Origin: the human T2T-CHM13v2.0 reference genome, Homo sapiens
Direction: 5' to 3' (one strand)
DNA length: 64,000 nucleotides
NCBI RefSeq assembly: GCF_009914755.1
Contig: NC_060933.1
A model generated the notes under the pieces. That model was not told where the DNA came from. It saw only the letters and a list, made by a program, of their open reading frames with translations, and searched no databases. Made by a program: the position numbers and the translations under genes. Of this stretch, positions 19,306 through 35,240 are shown in pieces; within the stretch, counting starts at the first letter, position 1; each line of letters begins with the position of its first letter.

Positions 19306-19933
19306 TTATTTAGTGAGATTTTTAAAATGCCAAGCCAATATGTGGAATGAGGCTCTCGACAAATAATTTTCTGTTTATTTCATTTAAAAACTACTTTATT
19401 ATTTACATATCCCAAATGTACTTAAAAATCGGCAAATTTACTAGAAACCAAAAAGTAAAACTGTTTAATCATTTTTAGACATCTTCAAAATATATCTCTT
19501 CATAATGAAAGTGTACAAAATCAGCAAATCTGCTTCATTCAAATGCCCTAATGTATTCTTATAACCCTATATGTCAATTTGGAAAATGTGAGCTCTTTGA
19601 GTGATCCACGTTAAAATCTCATAGCAGTTCTAGCAAACTTGTAAAAATCTTAGTGAAGGTACTCTAGAACCAAAACAACTAGTTTTTATATACAGGAAGT
19701 AAAAATCAGGAAAATCTTCTGTCTTCATGGTAATGAATTCCTGTGTTATAGCAATGGTAGGTTCTCTGAACTCTTTCTGCCTTTCTTAGAAAGAAATCAG
19801 AAAAAGTTGAAAATGAAAAAAAATTTATGAGACATCATCAAGCTATAATCAAATCACCATTTTTGTGTTATCATATGGGGTTTCTTGATTATTTTCCATG
19901 GTGAATGTCACTTGTGCCTTCTTTCCCCACTAG

Positions 19934-20077
19934 TGTGTGCTTGCTGCTGATGAAGTAGTATTTAATCAGAAGGAACTGGAGGTTAAGGAACTGAAGAATC
20001 AAGTGCAGATGATGGTACAGGAAAACAAAGGGCATGCTGTATCTTTGAAAGAAGCGCAAAAAGTGAATAGACTGCAG
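19934..20077 (+). pseudogene. KIF27-like exon 5 (coiled coil)
   Basis: cccactag|TGTGTG acceptor; CVLAADEVVFNQKELEVKELKNQVQMMVQENKGHAVSLKEAQKVNRLQ; donor CAG|gtagag; 144 nt. Confidence 0.92.
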
Positions 20078-20746
20078 GTAGAGTTTCTTAATGCATCTAG
20101 CTCTGTAGATTTTCTTGAAATAGTACCTAACTAAACACAGTAGCATTTTAAATGATAAATGGGAACTTAAAAAAAGGATGTTCATTTGAAGACTTCTGAA
20201 CATAGGCACCTGAGAGAATTATTAATTTTTCCTTTAAATCTGCTTAAATGGAAACATTTTTATTGTTAGCCTGACTTTGGTTTTAGAAATATAAAGATAA
20301 TACCCAGGAAATTAATTTATAAATCATACCATGGTTATTTTTCCATACTTTTCCTTCCTGTTGTTTGCCAAGGTATTAGGAAATGCAGTATTGTTAGGAG
20401 TTGGATGGTAAATACATAATTTAAACTTTAAAATGTATTAAATTATCCTCTTATACCTCGTGAGTGGTTTGCTTTTTAACTTTGCTTACATCTTTCAAAT
20501 TTTCTATCTTAGCTTTCCTATTATATTAACATGGATATGTCTACAGTATAACATAGTATGCCTCTACATATTATACTCCCTGGCTGTGGCTTCTCCCATC
20601 ACCCCAAATAGTTAATATCATTTAAAGCCTTTAGCTTCCTATCAGGGAATAACTAATGCTCCGAGAAATAATCTGATCCAGCACACATCAGATTTTGATT
20701 TTCATGTTGTTTGATTTTTGTTTTCTTTTTTAACCCTTCTAATTGT

Positions 20747-21070
20747 ATTTTGTTGTTGTTTGTTTTTGTTGTTGTTTTGTTTGTTTTGAGACAGGATCTC
20801 ATTCTGTTGCTCAGGCTGGTGTGCGCTGGCACAATCACAGCTCACTGCAGTCTCGACCTTCCAGGCTCAAGTGATCCTCCCGCCTCAGCCTCCTAACTGT
20901 GACCACAGGTGCATGCCACCGCGCCCGGCTAATTTTCTGATTTTTTTGTGGAGACGGGGTCTCACTGTGTTGCTCAAGCTGGTCTCGAACTCCTGGGCTC
21001 AGTGATCCTACCACCTCAGCTTCCCAAAGTGCTGAGATTGATTACAGGTATGAGCCACCATGCCTGGCCC
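20747..21070 (-). mobile_element. Alu (J-like)
   Basis: Antisense Alu with (TTG)n tail. Confidence 0.88.
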
Positions 21071-23487
21071 TAATTGTATAATAATTTAAAAACATAAAAC
21101 TAAAGTATATACAAAACAATACATATTAATCAGTGATTTATCACAGAGAGAACAGCTGGGTAACCACCACCAGGTCAAGAAATTGCTAACTGCCAGCGCC
21201 TCAAAATTTTTAGTGCCTCCTTACAATTATTATTCCTCCCTCTTCCTCAGAGAGCCAGTCTCTTGACTTACATGGTAATCATTTCTTTGCTTTTCTTATG
21301 GTTTTACTATCTAAATATGTATCCTTCAACACTACAGTTTAGTTTTTGGAATTTTTATTAATTCAGTATAGCTTATTCAGTATCTCGCTGCTTTTGTTGA
21401 ACATTATTATGATTCATCCACTTTTTAATTGTAATATTTTTTCTGTAAATTCTAATATTTTATCTGTAATGTGTGACTGTGGTTTGTTTAGTTTTATAGG
21501 TACATAGGATTTTATTGTATGACTATACCACAATTTATTTTCTGTTCTACTGTTTGATGGACATTTGTGGCTTTCTGTGAAATTTTCTCGTGAATTTTCA
21601 GTGTCTCTCGGTGCACATGCACATACATTTCTTTCAGATTTGTGCCTAGGAGTTGAATTGCTAGGCCATAGGGTAGGTATATCTTCAACTTTTGTGGGTG
21701 TTACCAAATTGTTTTCCGCTTTATACTCCCACCCAGCATTCTCACTATTCCATGTGAGCATTCTCACTGTTCCATATGCTTCTCAACATTTGTTATTAAT
21801 TTTTAAATCTTAGCCAATCTGGTAGGCATGTAGTATCATTTTATTGTGGCTTTAGTTTGCATTTCCCTGATGACTAGTGAGGTTGAGCATTTTTTTCATA
21901 TGTTTTTGGCTATTTGGATATCCTCCTTTGTGAAGTACTCATTCAAGTCTCTTGTTTGTTTTTCTATTGAGTTACCTGTCTTCTAGATTAATTTGTAGAG
22001 TTTGTTGTATATTCTGGGTGTGAGCGCTTTGTCACTTACATGATTGCAAATAATTTTTCTGTGGCTTGCTTTTTACTCTCAGTGGTATCTTTGATGAAGA
22101 GTTATTGTAATCAAATTCATCAATCTTTTCCTTTATGGTTAATGGTATTTGTTCTCTATTTAATAAGTTTTTCCTTTCCTCAATTGTTTCCTCTGAGGAT
22201 ACTTTCTATATTATCTTCCAGAAGCTTTATTGTTTTGCCTTCCACATTTAGCTGTATAGTCCTCCAGGAATTGATTTCTGTGTATGGAGTAAAGTAAAGA
22301 TCAAATTTCATTTTTTAAACATATAGATATTCATTTGTTCTAGCATCATTTATTGGAAACCATCTTTTCACAATTGTTTTGAGTGCTATCTTTATCATAA
22401 ATCTATCTTTATCATAAATCAAGGTCCATTTGTGCATGACTCTCTTGTCTATTTCTTGGCCTTCTATTCTGTTGGTTGATTTGTATCTCCTTGAGCCAAG
22501 ATCACATTTCTTATTTATTGTAGGTTTATAATAAGTCTAGATATTTTGTAGAGCAAGGCCTTCTGCTGTTCTCCTTCCCTCCCAACTCCCCAGATGTCTT
22601 GGTTGTTCCATATAAATTTTATTTTAATTTTTAAATTTTTTAAGTAATTACTTTATTGAGATATAATTCACATACTATAGAATGCAGCCCTTCAAATATA
22701 CAATTCAGTGATTTTTTATGTATTTACAGAATTGTCTAACCATCACACCATCTAATTTTAGAATATTTTTATCACCCCAAAATGAAAATATTGTATCCAC
22801 TAGCAGTCACTCCTCATTTTCCTCCTTTCCTCAGCCCCTGGCAAAAACCACTTTACTTTCTACTTCTATGGATTTGCCTATTCTAAATATTTCATACAAA
22901 TGGAATCATACAGTAAGTGGCCTTTGTGTGTGACTTCTTTCACTAAGTACGCTATTTTCATTTATTTATTTTTCATGGTCAAATAATTTTGTATGTTTCT
23001 GGGATACAGTGTAATGTTTTGATGTATGTATACATTATAGAAAGATTCAATCAAGTTGGTTAACATTAATTAACTAATTAACATTGAATTACATTTATAT
23101 ATCTGTTTAGAATTAATGAACGTATTTTGATTGAGTCTCCTAATCCATAAGCATGGTATAGTTCTCTATTTACTTAGATTTCCTTTGTTTTTTCTCAGTA
23201 ATGGCCTACTTTTTTTGTGCAGAAATATTGCAAATAATTTATAGATTTCTTTTTAGGTACTTGATTTTTTTCTGTCACTGTAAATTGGAATCTTTAAAAA
23301 ATTTTATTTTTCAAATTCCCCAATTGTTGGTATGTGGAACTGTACTAATTTTTAGATATTAATACATTATATATCCAGCAATCTGACTAAACTCAGTTTT
23401 TGATCAGGAGTGTCTACAGTTACCATCAGGTGGGGAGCCTTCAAAATTCCCAAGATAAATGGAAAAGATCCAAACTTTTTGGAAGTA

Positions 23488-23975
<488 letters not shown>

Positions 23976-24466
23976 TATACTTGCTTTTTAATTCTAATAT
24001 TTTATCTGTAAATTCTTTTGGATTTTCATTTATAATTATGTCATCTGCAAATAGTAACAGTTTCATTTCTTCCTTTATAATCCTTTCACCTTCTGTATCT
24101 TTTTCTTCTTCTATATCTTCTATATTGTATACTTTAAATAGTTGGATTCTATAGTATGTGAATTTTGTCTCAATAAAGTTATTATAAAAATACCTTCTTA
24201 TATTTGCTGGGATCTCCACTGCAGTGTTGAATACAAGTGGTGATAGAAAGCATCCTTGTCTTGTTTCCAATCATAGAGGAAAAGCTTTCAAAATTTCATT
24301 CTGAAGTATTATATTTTCTATAGGTATTTTTAATTTACCCTTTCCCAAACTAAGGAAATAACTGAGAATTTTTATTATGAATGGATATTGATTTTTATCA
24401 AATGATTTTTCTTTATCATATGATTTTTTTCCTTATTCTGCTAATATGGTGAATTACACTGATTGA

Positions 24467-24793
<327 letters not shown>

Positions 24794-24867
24794 GATTGAT
24801 CTGATTTTTAACCAATCTTTTATTCCTGGAATAAACCCTTTTTGTTGTTGATGTTGCGATATACTGT

Positions 24868-25402
24868 TGTATTGGGGGTTCCCCAAAACCACCCTCAGAT
24901 TGGATGACGTACTAGGAGAACTCAATATATATTCATTCTCCTGGCTAGGATTTATTACAGTGAAAGGATGCAGAGCAAGATCAGCAAGGAAAAAGACACA
25001 TGGAACAAAGTCTGGAGGAAACCAGGCACAAGCTTCCAAGACTTGTCTCTCAGCAGAGTCACAGAGGATGTGCTTAATCCCCCAGCAATGAGTTGTGACA
25101 ACACCTATAAAATGTTATCTGGCAGGGGAACTAAGTAGACTCAGTGCCTATGGGTTATATTGAGGATGCGTGGGTCATGAAGGCACCCTTTGCCTAGCCC
25201 AGACTACCAGAGTCCCAGACTACAAGGAAAGCAGGTGTACACCATAAACCACATTGATTGTGCAAATAGTTGAGCACAGTGAGTCAGTATTATCAGAGTG
25301 TTTAAGAACACTCCCAAAATCCAAGCTCTCAGACATCTGACAACCTCATAGCAGATCTTCTAAAAGATAGCAGTCAGGTCTGCTATGTTAACTCTTCTGC
25401 AC
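24868..25402. mobile_element. MER21-family LTR
   Basis: tgtattgggggttccccaaaaccaccctcag...gaaaccaggcacaagcttccaag...tgctatgttaactcttctgcaca. Confidence 0.75.
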
Positions 25403-26441
25403 AATTGACCTAGATTTGGTTTGCTAGTGTGATGTTTATATTTGTCAGTAAGCTTGTCCTATATTTTTCTTTCTCATAGTATTCTTGTCAGATATTGTAA
25501 CAAGTTATGCTGGCCTCATAATATAGATTATTTAATTCCCCCTATACCTGGAAAAGTGTGTGAAAATTGGTATTATTTCTTTCTTAAATGTTTGGTTGAA
25601 TTAGCCTGTTAAGCATTTGGGACTGGAAATTTTCTTTGGGGGTATGTTTTATGAATTAAATCATATTAGTATTTTCTTTTCCTCCAGTTTTGATAAGGTT
25701 TATTTTTCTAGGAATTTGACCATTGTATATAATTTTCAAATGTATTGGCATAAGTTTGTTTATGATAGTCTTTTATTCATTAATATCTTTAGCTGTGTAG
25801 TCACATGTCCCCTTTTTCATTCCTGATTATTTGTGCCTTCTCTCACTTTTTTTTCTTGCAGTTTCACTAGCTAGTAAAATTACCAATTCATTAGTCTCTT
25901 CAAAGAGACAATTTTTGACTTTGTTAATCCTCACTAGTGTATGTTTGTTCATTATTTCATTAGTTCACTATTTCACCAATTTCTGCCCTTTATTATTTAA
26001 TTCCTTCTACTTTTGGGGTAACCTCCTGCTATCTTTTTAACATCTTTAGATGAATATTTAGTATATTGATTTTTAGCTTCTCTTCTTTGGTATATGCATT
26101 TAACATTACATATTTCTAAGCTTATCTTGACTTGCACTCCACATTGAGCTCAAAATGTTTCCTAATTTTCATTGTGACTTTTTGATTTGTGAATAACATA
26201 GTTATTTTATTTACAGGACATGAGGGATTTATTTTTGTTTTATCAATTTTTATTGCGTTGTGATCAGATAACATACTATCTCTGATTTCAGTCCTTTGAA
26301 TGTATTGAAACTTGCTTTTTGGCTCAGAATAAGGCAAATGTTTGTAAATGTTACAGAGGTACTTGAGAAGAATATGCATTCTGCAATCATTGGGCACTGT
26401 TAATCCTATTATTCAAATCTACATTTTTTACTCAATTTTGA

Positions 26442-26819
<378 letters not shown>

Positions 26820-28230
26820 TGATAGTTTTTACACTACAAATATTGAAGCTGTGTTATTAAGTGCATACAAATGTAGAATTGTTATACCATCCTGGTGAAT
26901 TGCTCTTTTAATCATTTTTACCTCTTCTTATCTAATGAGTTTTGCCTTAAAGTCTACCTTGACATTACTATGGCTACACCAGCTTTCTTTTGATTAATAT
27001 TTACATGGTATCTCTTTTTCTATCTTATTTTTAATCTTTCTGTGTCTATTTTAGATATGTTTCTTGTAAGCAGCATATGGTTAGATAATTTTAAAATCCT
27101 TTCTGATAGTCTTTATCTTTTAATTTCATTATTCATTTATTAATTTAACATAATTACTGTTTTGTTAAAAATCCACCATTGTGCCTTTTATTTATCCTTC
27201 CTCGTCTGTGTTCCTTTTTCCCTCCTTTGGATCGTTGGTTATTCTTTTTCTGTTGTTTTCTCCACTAACTTAGAAGTTATAGTTTTACTCTTTTTTTAGT
27301 GGTTATCCTAGAGAGTATACCATGCACCCTAATATTAATTGGTACTTTTATCCTTTTCCCAGGCAATGTAAGAACTCCATTGAATCCTTTGATGTTGTAT
27401 ATTTTAATTATCTGAATACGTGATTTTTAAGTAAGGTTGCATTTTTATTGCTCAGCATTTATACAATGAAAACATAAGGTTTTTTTTTTTTTCCTATTTC
27501 AACATTGTAGTACATGTGAAGTATTAAGATGAATGAGTGTTTCTTATTTACATAAATTTGTGCTTGTAAAACAAAGATTGACATTAGAACTTTCTAGATT
27601 TGATACACTTCAAAAATTTTCTTTAGAGGATACACAAAAAAAACTAAATCACATATACACAAACACACACACACATTCCTGATAAACAATTTGTTCTGCC
27701 TTTGATTTCCAAGTTCTCCTTCCTCTCAGGACTATCAGTTGGCTATCTTCTATCTGTCTGCTTTTGGCTTCCTTTTTCACTAAGGCTTTCACTTCCCTGC
27801 ACTTGTTACCTCCTTCTGCCTCCTTTGCTGCAAACTCTGCTGCCTACAATTCTTTCTCCACTTTTTGAACTTTCTTGTTTCTTTTTACTTTTTGGATTTC
27901 ACTCAGAAAGTCCATACTTTAATACAGAAAGCTAATCAAAGTGCTTCAGGTTGGCAAAGCAACCAGTCACAGTGGATGGGGTGTTATCTTTGAGTATTTG
28001 ACTTTTGACTTTTTTGGCTGTGTTTGTTGCTCCTTACTATTAAAAAGGTTTTACCACTCAGAACAATGTTAGTTACTTGTGAACACCAGAAGGCTAGTCT
28101 CTGGATAAATGAGAATTGACTGTATTATTAAAGTAGTTATGAGTTTGGTCAATGTAAAATTCGTTTTTAATCATAATCTGAATGTACTGAAGTGCTCTAT
28201 TTTAAAATTTTTCGTCTCTCTTCTACAAAG

Positions 28231-28437
28231 AATGAAAAAATAATAGAACAACAACTTCTTGTGGATCAACTGAGTGAAGAACTAACAAAACTTAACCTGT
28301 CAGTGACTTCTTCAGCTAAAGAAAATTGTGGAGACGGGCCAGATGCCAGGATCCCTGAAAAGAGACCATATACTGTACCATTTGATACTCATTTGGGGCA
28401 TTATATTTATATCCCATCAAGACAAGATTCCAGGAGG
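28231..28437 (+). pseudogene. KIF27-like exon 6
   Basis: ctacaaag|AATGAA; NEKIIEQQLLVDQLSEELTKLNLSVTSSAKENCGDGPDARIPEKRPYTVPFDTHLGHYIYIPSRQDSRR; donor AGG|gtaaag; 207 nt. Confidence 0.92.
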
Positions 28438-29175
28438 GTAAAGTCCAAACAATCTTTTCCTTATTTTGAGATTAAAAAAATTTTAGCCATGTGTAGTATC
28501 ACAGTGTATTTATACAGTCTCAGCAGATTTTTTTTGTTTGATTTTATGGAATTTTGTATATACCTTTTAAGCATACTTCTTTCTAGTAAAAAACTAATAA
28601 GAGAATACACAGTTACATTTGGAGGGAATAGTTGGATGGAGATAATGTCTATACTTCATCAATGTGAAAAAGGTATCCTTTGCCATATTTTCAGACATGA
28701 CCAAGTTTAATATCTACATGAATTTATTTCTTCCTTTAACCACACAAAGTTGAGATGTTAGAGGATATTTATTTCAACTTGTTTGGTCTGTCATTTTTGA
28801 AATAATATTTATATGCTATTCAGTCTTACCAAGTAGACATAATCAAGACAATATAAATATCAATATAAATTTTAGTTTGTGGTTGGTAAATATATACACA
28901 CACAGTTTTAAGAATTATCAAAGAATCTCTATTATGGAAAAGACTTAATTAGCAGATTCATGAGTTTTGGTTTAGCAGGTTCATGAATTGTGGTTTCTAT
29001 TTCCTCATTTTATGAAGGGAAATGATTTGTTCACGTGAGATCCATCTGGTTGTTACAGTCAGAGGGATAAGAAATGAAAGGCAAGTGATACATGAGCAGT
29101 GCCATGGACTTTGCATCAGGCAGCCTTGGGTGGTATGAATACTATAATAGCTCTGGACATTTGGTTTTCTTTTTT

Positions 29176-29280
29176 ACAAAAGTCAGATTTGGAGAATGAA
29201 GGTACATAGATTTTCTTAAATAATGTAGACCTAATGGTTATAGGACACTTACCTTTTTCCTCAGTTGATAATTTAAGAAA
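29176..29280 (+). repeat. 105-bp direct duplicate of the exon-8 3' end plus the start of intron 8 (partner 31296-31400)
   Basis: Ungapped alignment at offset 2120 with 3 mismatches (29190, 29212, 29252). Confidence 0.95.
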
Positions 29281-30564
29281 TTTTAAAAGGAAATTACAAT
29301 CCCAGAGAACGAAGTTGGACTCTGAACAAAAGGTTTTATTATTTGCTCCTTAAATAATTCCCAAACTCTCACAAGAGAAAACTAGATGCCTGCCAGTTAT
29401 GGGATAAAATAGCCATGTCTAGTACGTTGTATTTGTTAGATCAGTACTTCTTGAGTTGGTTCTTCTTAAAGAATTCCCCTCCCTCATACCCCATTGGGAG
29501 GCCACCTAAAAAACTTTACGCCCATCTATCATGATGCTGATGTGACAGATGATCTAATTAGGTGACTGACAGCAGAAGCACAAAAATCAGATATAAGATG
29601 ATTTTCAGAATCAGGTAGGATTTTTTAGGAGAGAATACATGACGGGGGCCTATTGTCAAGTGATTAAATCCCAAACACCGTGTGATACTCATATTCCACT
29701 ATATGTTATAATTTTAACAGCTTATAATAATTTATATTGATAAATGGACTGTCTCCTCTAAGATTTTATTGCCTGTTGTGAGAAGTCATCTTGAGGTTTG
29801 GTTACAGAGATGGTGCAGAGGAAATATTTTGTAATAGAAACCAGAACAAAGGTATAAAGGCAATTTCTAATTTATTGTTGTTGTTTTCCAAGGTCATTTT
29901 TTTTTTTGAGAATTTAAAATGCATTTCCAATAGAAGAATGTTGTACTGTGGAAAATTCCCAGGCTAGCCATACAATTTTATTTGTCCTATGACATATATT
30001 AAATATTTTTCCTAGAGCCTTAATTCAGCTATACCTAACTACCATGTATAAAGAATAAGTATATACATTGTGGTATTCAGATTAGGAATATTGCCCTGGC
30101 AGAGGGAGTGGAGACGGCTCTGGGTTTCTTCCTGTGGTAGGATTTGGATTGGAGGGGATGCAGACCTTTGGCGGCAGCACCACAGTTCTCCAGGTGTTCT
30201 GAACTGGGAAGATGGGGAAGAGGGCACATTTGTTGGGGTGTGTCTGTGTTGTGTTTAAGAGCTAGGATGTTTTCCATGCGTTCTTTTGGTTTCATTTTTG
30301 AATACTGTTTTCCGTAAGTGAAGATAGAAGAGTTGTCCAGAAGAGAAGGAGCTGTGTAGATTCTGAAAGAAGTATTTGTCTGTGAGGCACAACAGTATTG
30401 TTAAATTAATTTTGACCTTTGTTTGAGGGGAGCATTTTCCAGTGATTGGCTATTTTAAGAGTGCCAATCTAATAACCCCTTTAAAAGCACTTAGAGTAAT
30501 AGGATAAAATTAGACTTTTAAAATATCACTTTTTTTGTTGTTGGGTAGGGGAATCACTTGCAAG

Positions 30565-30734
30565 GTCCACACAAGTCCGCCTATGTACTCTCTGGATCGA
30601 ATATTTGCTGGATTTCGAACACAAAGTCAGATGCTGTTGGATCACGTAGAAGAACGAGATGAGGTCCTCCACTGCCAATTTTCTGATAACAGTGATGATG
30701 AAGAATCAGAAGGCCAAGAGAAATCTGGAACTAG
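30565..30734 (+). pseudogene. KIF27-like exon 7
   Basis: cttgcaag|GTCCAC; VHTSPPMYSLDRIFAGFRTQSQMLLDHVEERDEVLHCQFSDNSDDEESEGQEKSGT; donor CTAG|gtatgt; 170 nt. Confidence 0.9.
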
Positions 30735-31221
30735 GTATGTTAAATATACACTGATTTAATAAATATTTAGAATTATATGCTGCAATAAATATAAAAGTGT
30801 AGGTTTTTTCCATTGGAGTATATCTTTTATGTTTAATAGAAGAGTAGGTAACTTTTGCTAAATGTACTGTCATCTAATGTGTTATGAAAATAGTATTTGA
30901 ACACAAGTCATCAGTCTTATAACTGAAAAATAATTTTGCTTTTAGAGCTTTTATAGTAATGAGATTCTAATTTTCAGAGGGTTTTTTTTTTTTTTTTGGA
31001 TTTCCTTATTCTGCTGCCACATTGGCAACAAACATGACTTTTCTGCTGGATTCAACATGGGTGAGGGGGGCATCCTTCTATTTTGAGCAATATTAGTAAC
31101 ATTCTGTTTTTATATGTAATTAATAATTTTTTTAACATTACTGTCACTTTTTGGGGAAACTAATTTGAGGGCAGATTAGAAAACACTAACAAATAAGTTA
31201 ACTTTCTGATTTTTTTTTAAG

Positions 31222-31321
31222 ATGTAGAAGTCGTTCATGGATTCAGAAGCCAGACTCTGTTCCCTTGTTGAATTGAGTGATACTCAGGATGAAACACAAA
31301 AGTCAGATTCGGAGAATGAAG
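31222..31321 (+). pseudogene. KIF27-like exon 8 with 4-nt frameshifting deletion
   Basis: tttttaag|ATGTAG; CRSRSWIQKPDSV then frameshift to PLLN* (TGA 31274-31276); the shifted frame still reads SLVELSDTQDETQKSDSENE; donor GAAG|gtacat; 100 nt. Confidence 0.9.
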
Positions 31322-31786
31322 GTACATAGATCTTCTTAAATAATGTAGACCTAATGGTTATAGGACACTTATCTTTTTCCTCAGTTGATAATTTAAGAAA
31401 CATCCAGGAATTCTCAAAGACCAGAATTTGGTACAAATGGTTTCCTAGTTGATAGAACTTCTTTTATGTTCTCTGTTTTACCTCTTTTACTCCTTAATAA
31501 AAAAAGATTTTCTATCAATTAATTATGGCTAGAGATATAGGCTAACTCCCTCAGAATAAGGATTTTTATATTCAGACCTGAATTGATATGCTTTGTATTC
31601 CTGATGATGTTAAAATACAGTATAAATAATTGTACTAGGTGTCTACTCCTTCACTGGGACTTGTGCCTAACGTCAATGATGTATTTGGCATTAGAGCCCA
31701 ATTAGTGTACTGGGTGTTGGTAATGTTTTAGTACACAACTGCTAAGAATTTTTATGCATCAATAACAACATCAAAAACATTTATGA

Positions 31787-32070
31787 GCCACGCATAGTAG
31801 CTCATGCCTGTAATCCCAGTGCTTTGAGAGGCTGAAACGGGAGAATTGCCTGAGGCCAGGAGTTTGAGGCCAGCCTGAGCAACATAGTGAGATTGTCTCT
31901 CTACAGAAAATTAGCCGAGCATGGTGGTGTGTACCTACTCAGGAGGAAGGCTGAGGCGGGAGAATCGCTTGAGCCCAGGAGTTCGAGGCTGTAGTGAGCC
32001 GAGATCACACCACTGCACTCTAGTCTAGGCGACAGAGCAAGACCCTGCCTCAAAAAAAAAAAAAAAAAAA
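31787..32070 (+). mobile_element. Alu (J-like)
   Basis: Sense Alu with A tail. Confidence 0.88.
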
Positions 32071-32087
32071 CTCCTACTACCCTATAG

Positions 32088-32391
<304 letters not shown>

Positions 32392-33195
32392 GGTAGTAGT
32401 AGATTTTGTTAACTCATCTCTTTTGGTCAATGCGTGGTTGACCCACAAAAAATAAGGGAATAGGGAATATAATACAAGTGCTACACTTTGAAAATATAGA
32501 GCATCTCTTTAAGAATCTATATGTGGCTTTATGAGCCAAAAATTTAAGTATAACTAAAATAAATTTCAAAATGTGGAAATAACAAAGGTAAATGCTACTC
32601 AAGCAGCCATGCTTGAGCTGTTTGTTACTGCTCTGCAACCAGGAAAAAAACTTATGTCGGAATGTAAATGAGCTTACACTAGTTCCTTCCTTGAGAAAGT
32701 CTGGCTATGAAAAAAATGTCACCTGAACTAAAGCAGTGTGCTTAGTGACATAGTTGATTTACATTCTGGTGCAGGACAGTAACAAACAGTGCTAGACCAC
32801 ACTCTGAGTAGCCTGGTATAGTCTGCATTCTCCAATTACAATAAAAGTAGAAGTTGATAGGAAACAAATTCACCCCTCTATCCATCTGGAAATTTTACAC
32901 CTATCTCAAATAACTCATGTTAAAGGCAATGAAAAACTGTGTGTCTGAACCTATGGGATATTAAGAAAGAATATATACATATATGTATTAATTTGTAAGA
33001 AAATAAAAACTCTTATTGTAAGCTGGAATGCTTGAGTCCCAGTTGCTGTGTATTTTTCCCCTTTTTCCTCCCCTTCCTTTTTGTCTCTTCCACTGCCACC
33101 TCTAAATTGCTTTTGAGTCTGCTTTTCTTTTTTTAACTCTACTTCTGTTGAATATTTTACCAGCAGATAGTTTTATTTCTCCATTTTTTTTAAAG

Positions 33196-33351
33196 ATTTA
33201 AAGATTGATTGTCTCCAGGAGAGTCAAGAATTGAATTTGCAAAAATTAAAGAATTCAGAACGCATACTTACTGAAGCCAAACAAAAAATGAGAGAACTTA
33301 CAGTTAACATCAAGATGAAGGAAGATCTGATTAAAGAATTAATAAAAACAG
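33196..33351 (+). pseudogene. KIF27-like exon 9 (coiled coil)
   Basis: tttaaag|ATTTAA; DLKIDCLQESQELNLQKLKNSERILTEAKQKMRELTVNIKMKEDLIKELIKT; donor ACAG|gtaata; 156 nt. Confidence 0.92.
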
Positions 33352-33602
33352 GTAATAGTATCTTGTGAACCAGCTTATATGAGAAAGAAAACTTCTAAAA
33401 TTGCTTCTGATGTGGTAACAGTTACTTTAGTTTTTGAAGCTCAGGTCTATCCACTTAGCTTGGATTGGTGTAACAAGGTGAGTTTTTAGGCCAATATGTG
33501 GAGGTTAGTTATCAGAAGAATTTTTTTCTTTTGGGATTTCACCTCTGAATTGTTCTAACCGGTGTGAACTCTGCATTGTGCTGAAATTCTGTGGCACTTA
33601 AT

Positions 33603-34719
<1,117 letters not shown>

Positions 34720-34929
34720 TGTATATTTTTTTACTGGTTCATAAAATATTGGTGTATTGAACAATTAATGAATAGTCCAAAATGATTTGTTAAAATATAG
34801 TAGTTGTATGTATTCTAAAGTTAGTCAAGTAATCATAAATTAGAGTCAGAGGACAGTTCACACTACATTTAGTTAAATAACTTTTATCAAAAAATGATGA
34901 GTATTTTTGGATAGCAGTATAACCAGCTA

Positions 34930-35240
<311 letters not shown>

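Noticed and set aside
22386-22420. 17-nt tandem duplication (also a 14-nt one at 41897-41924)
   Set aside because: Ordinary slippage duplications inside old L1 sequence; only two copies, not an array.
28192-28710. 172-aa ORF as a stand-alone gene
   Set aside because: Only 28231-28437 is exon 6; the rest is intron read-through.
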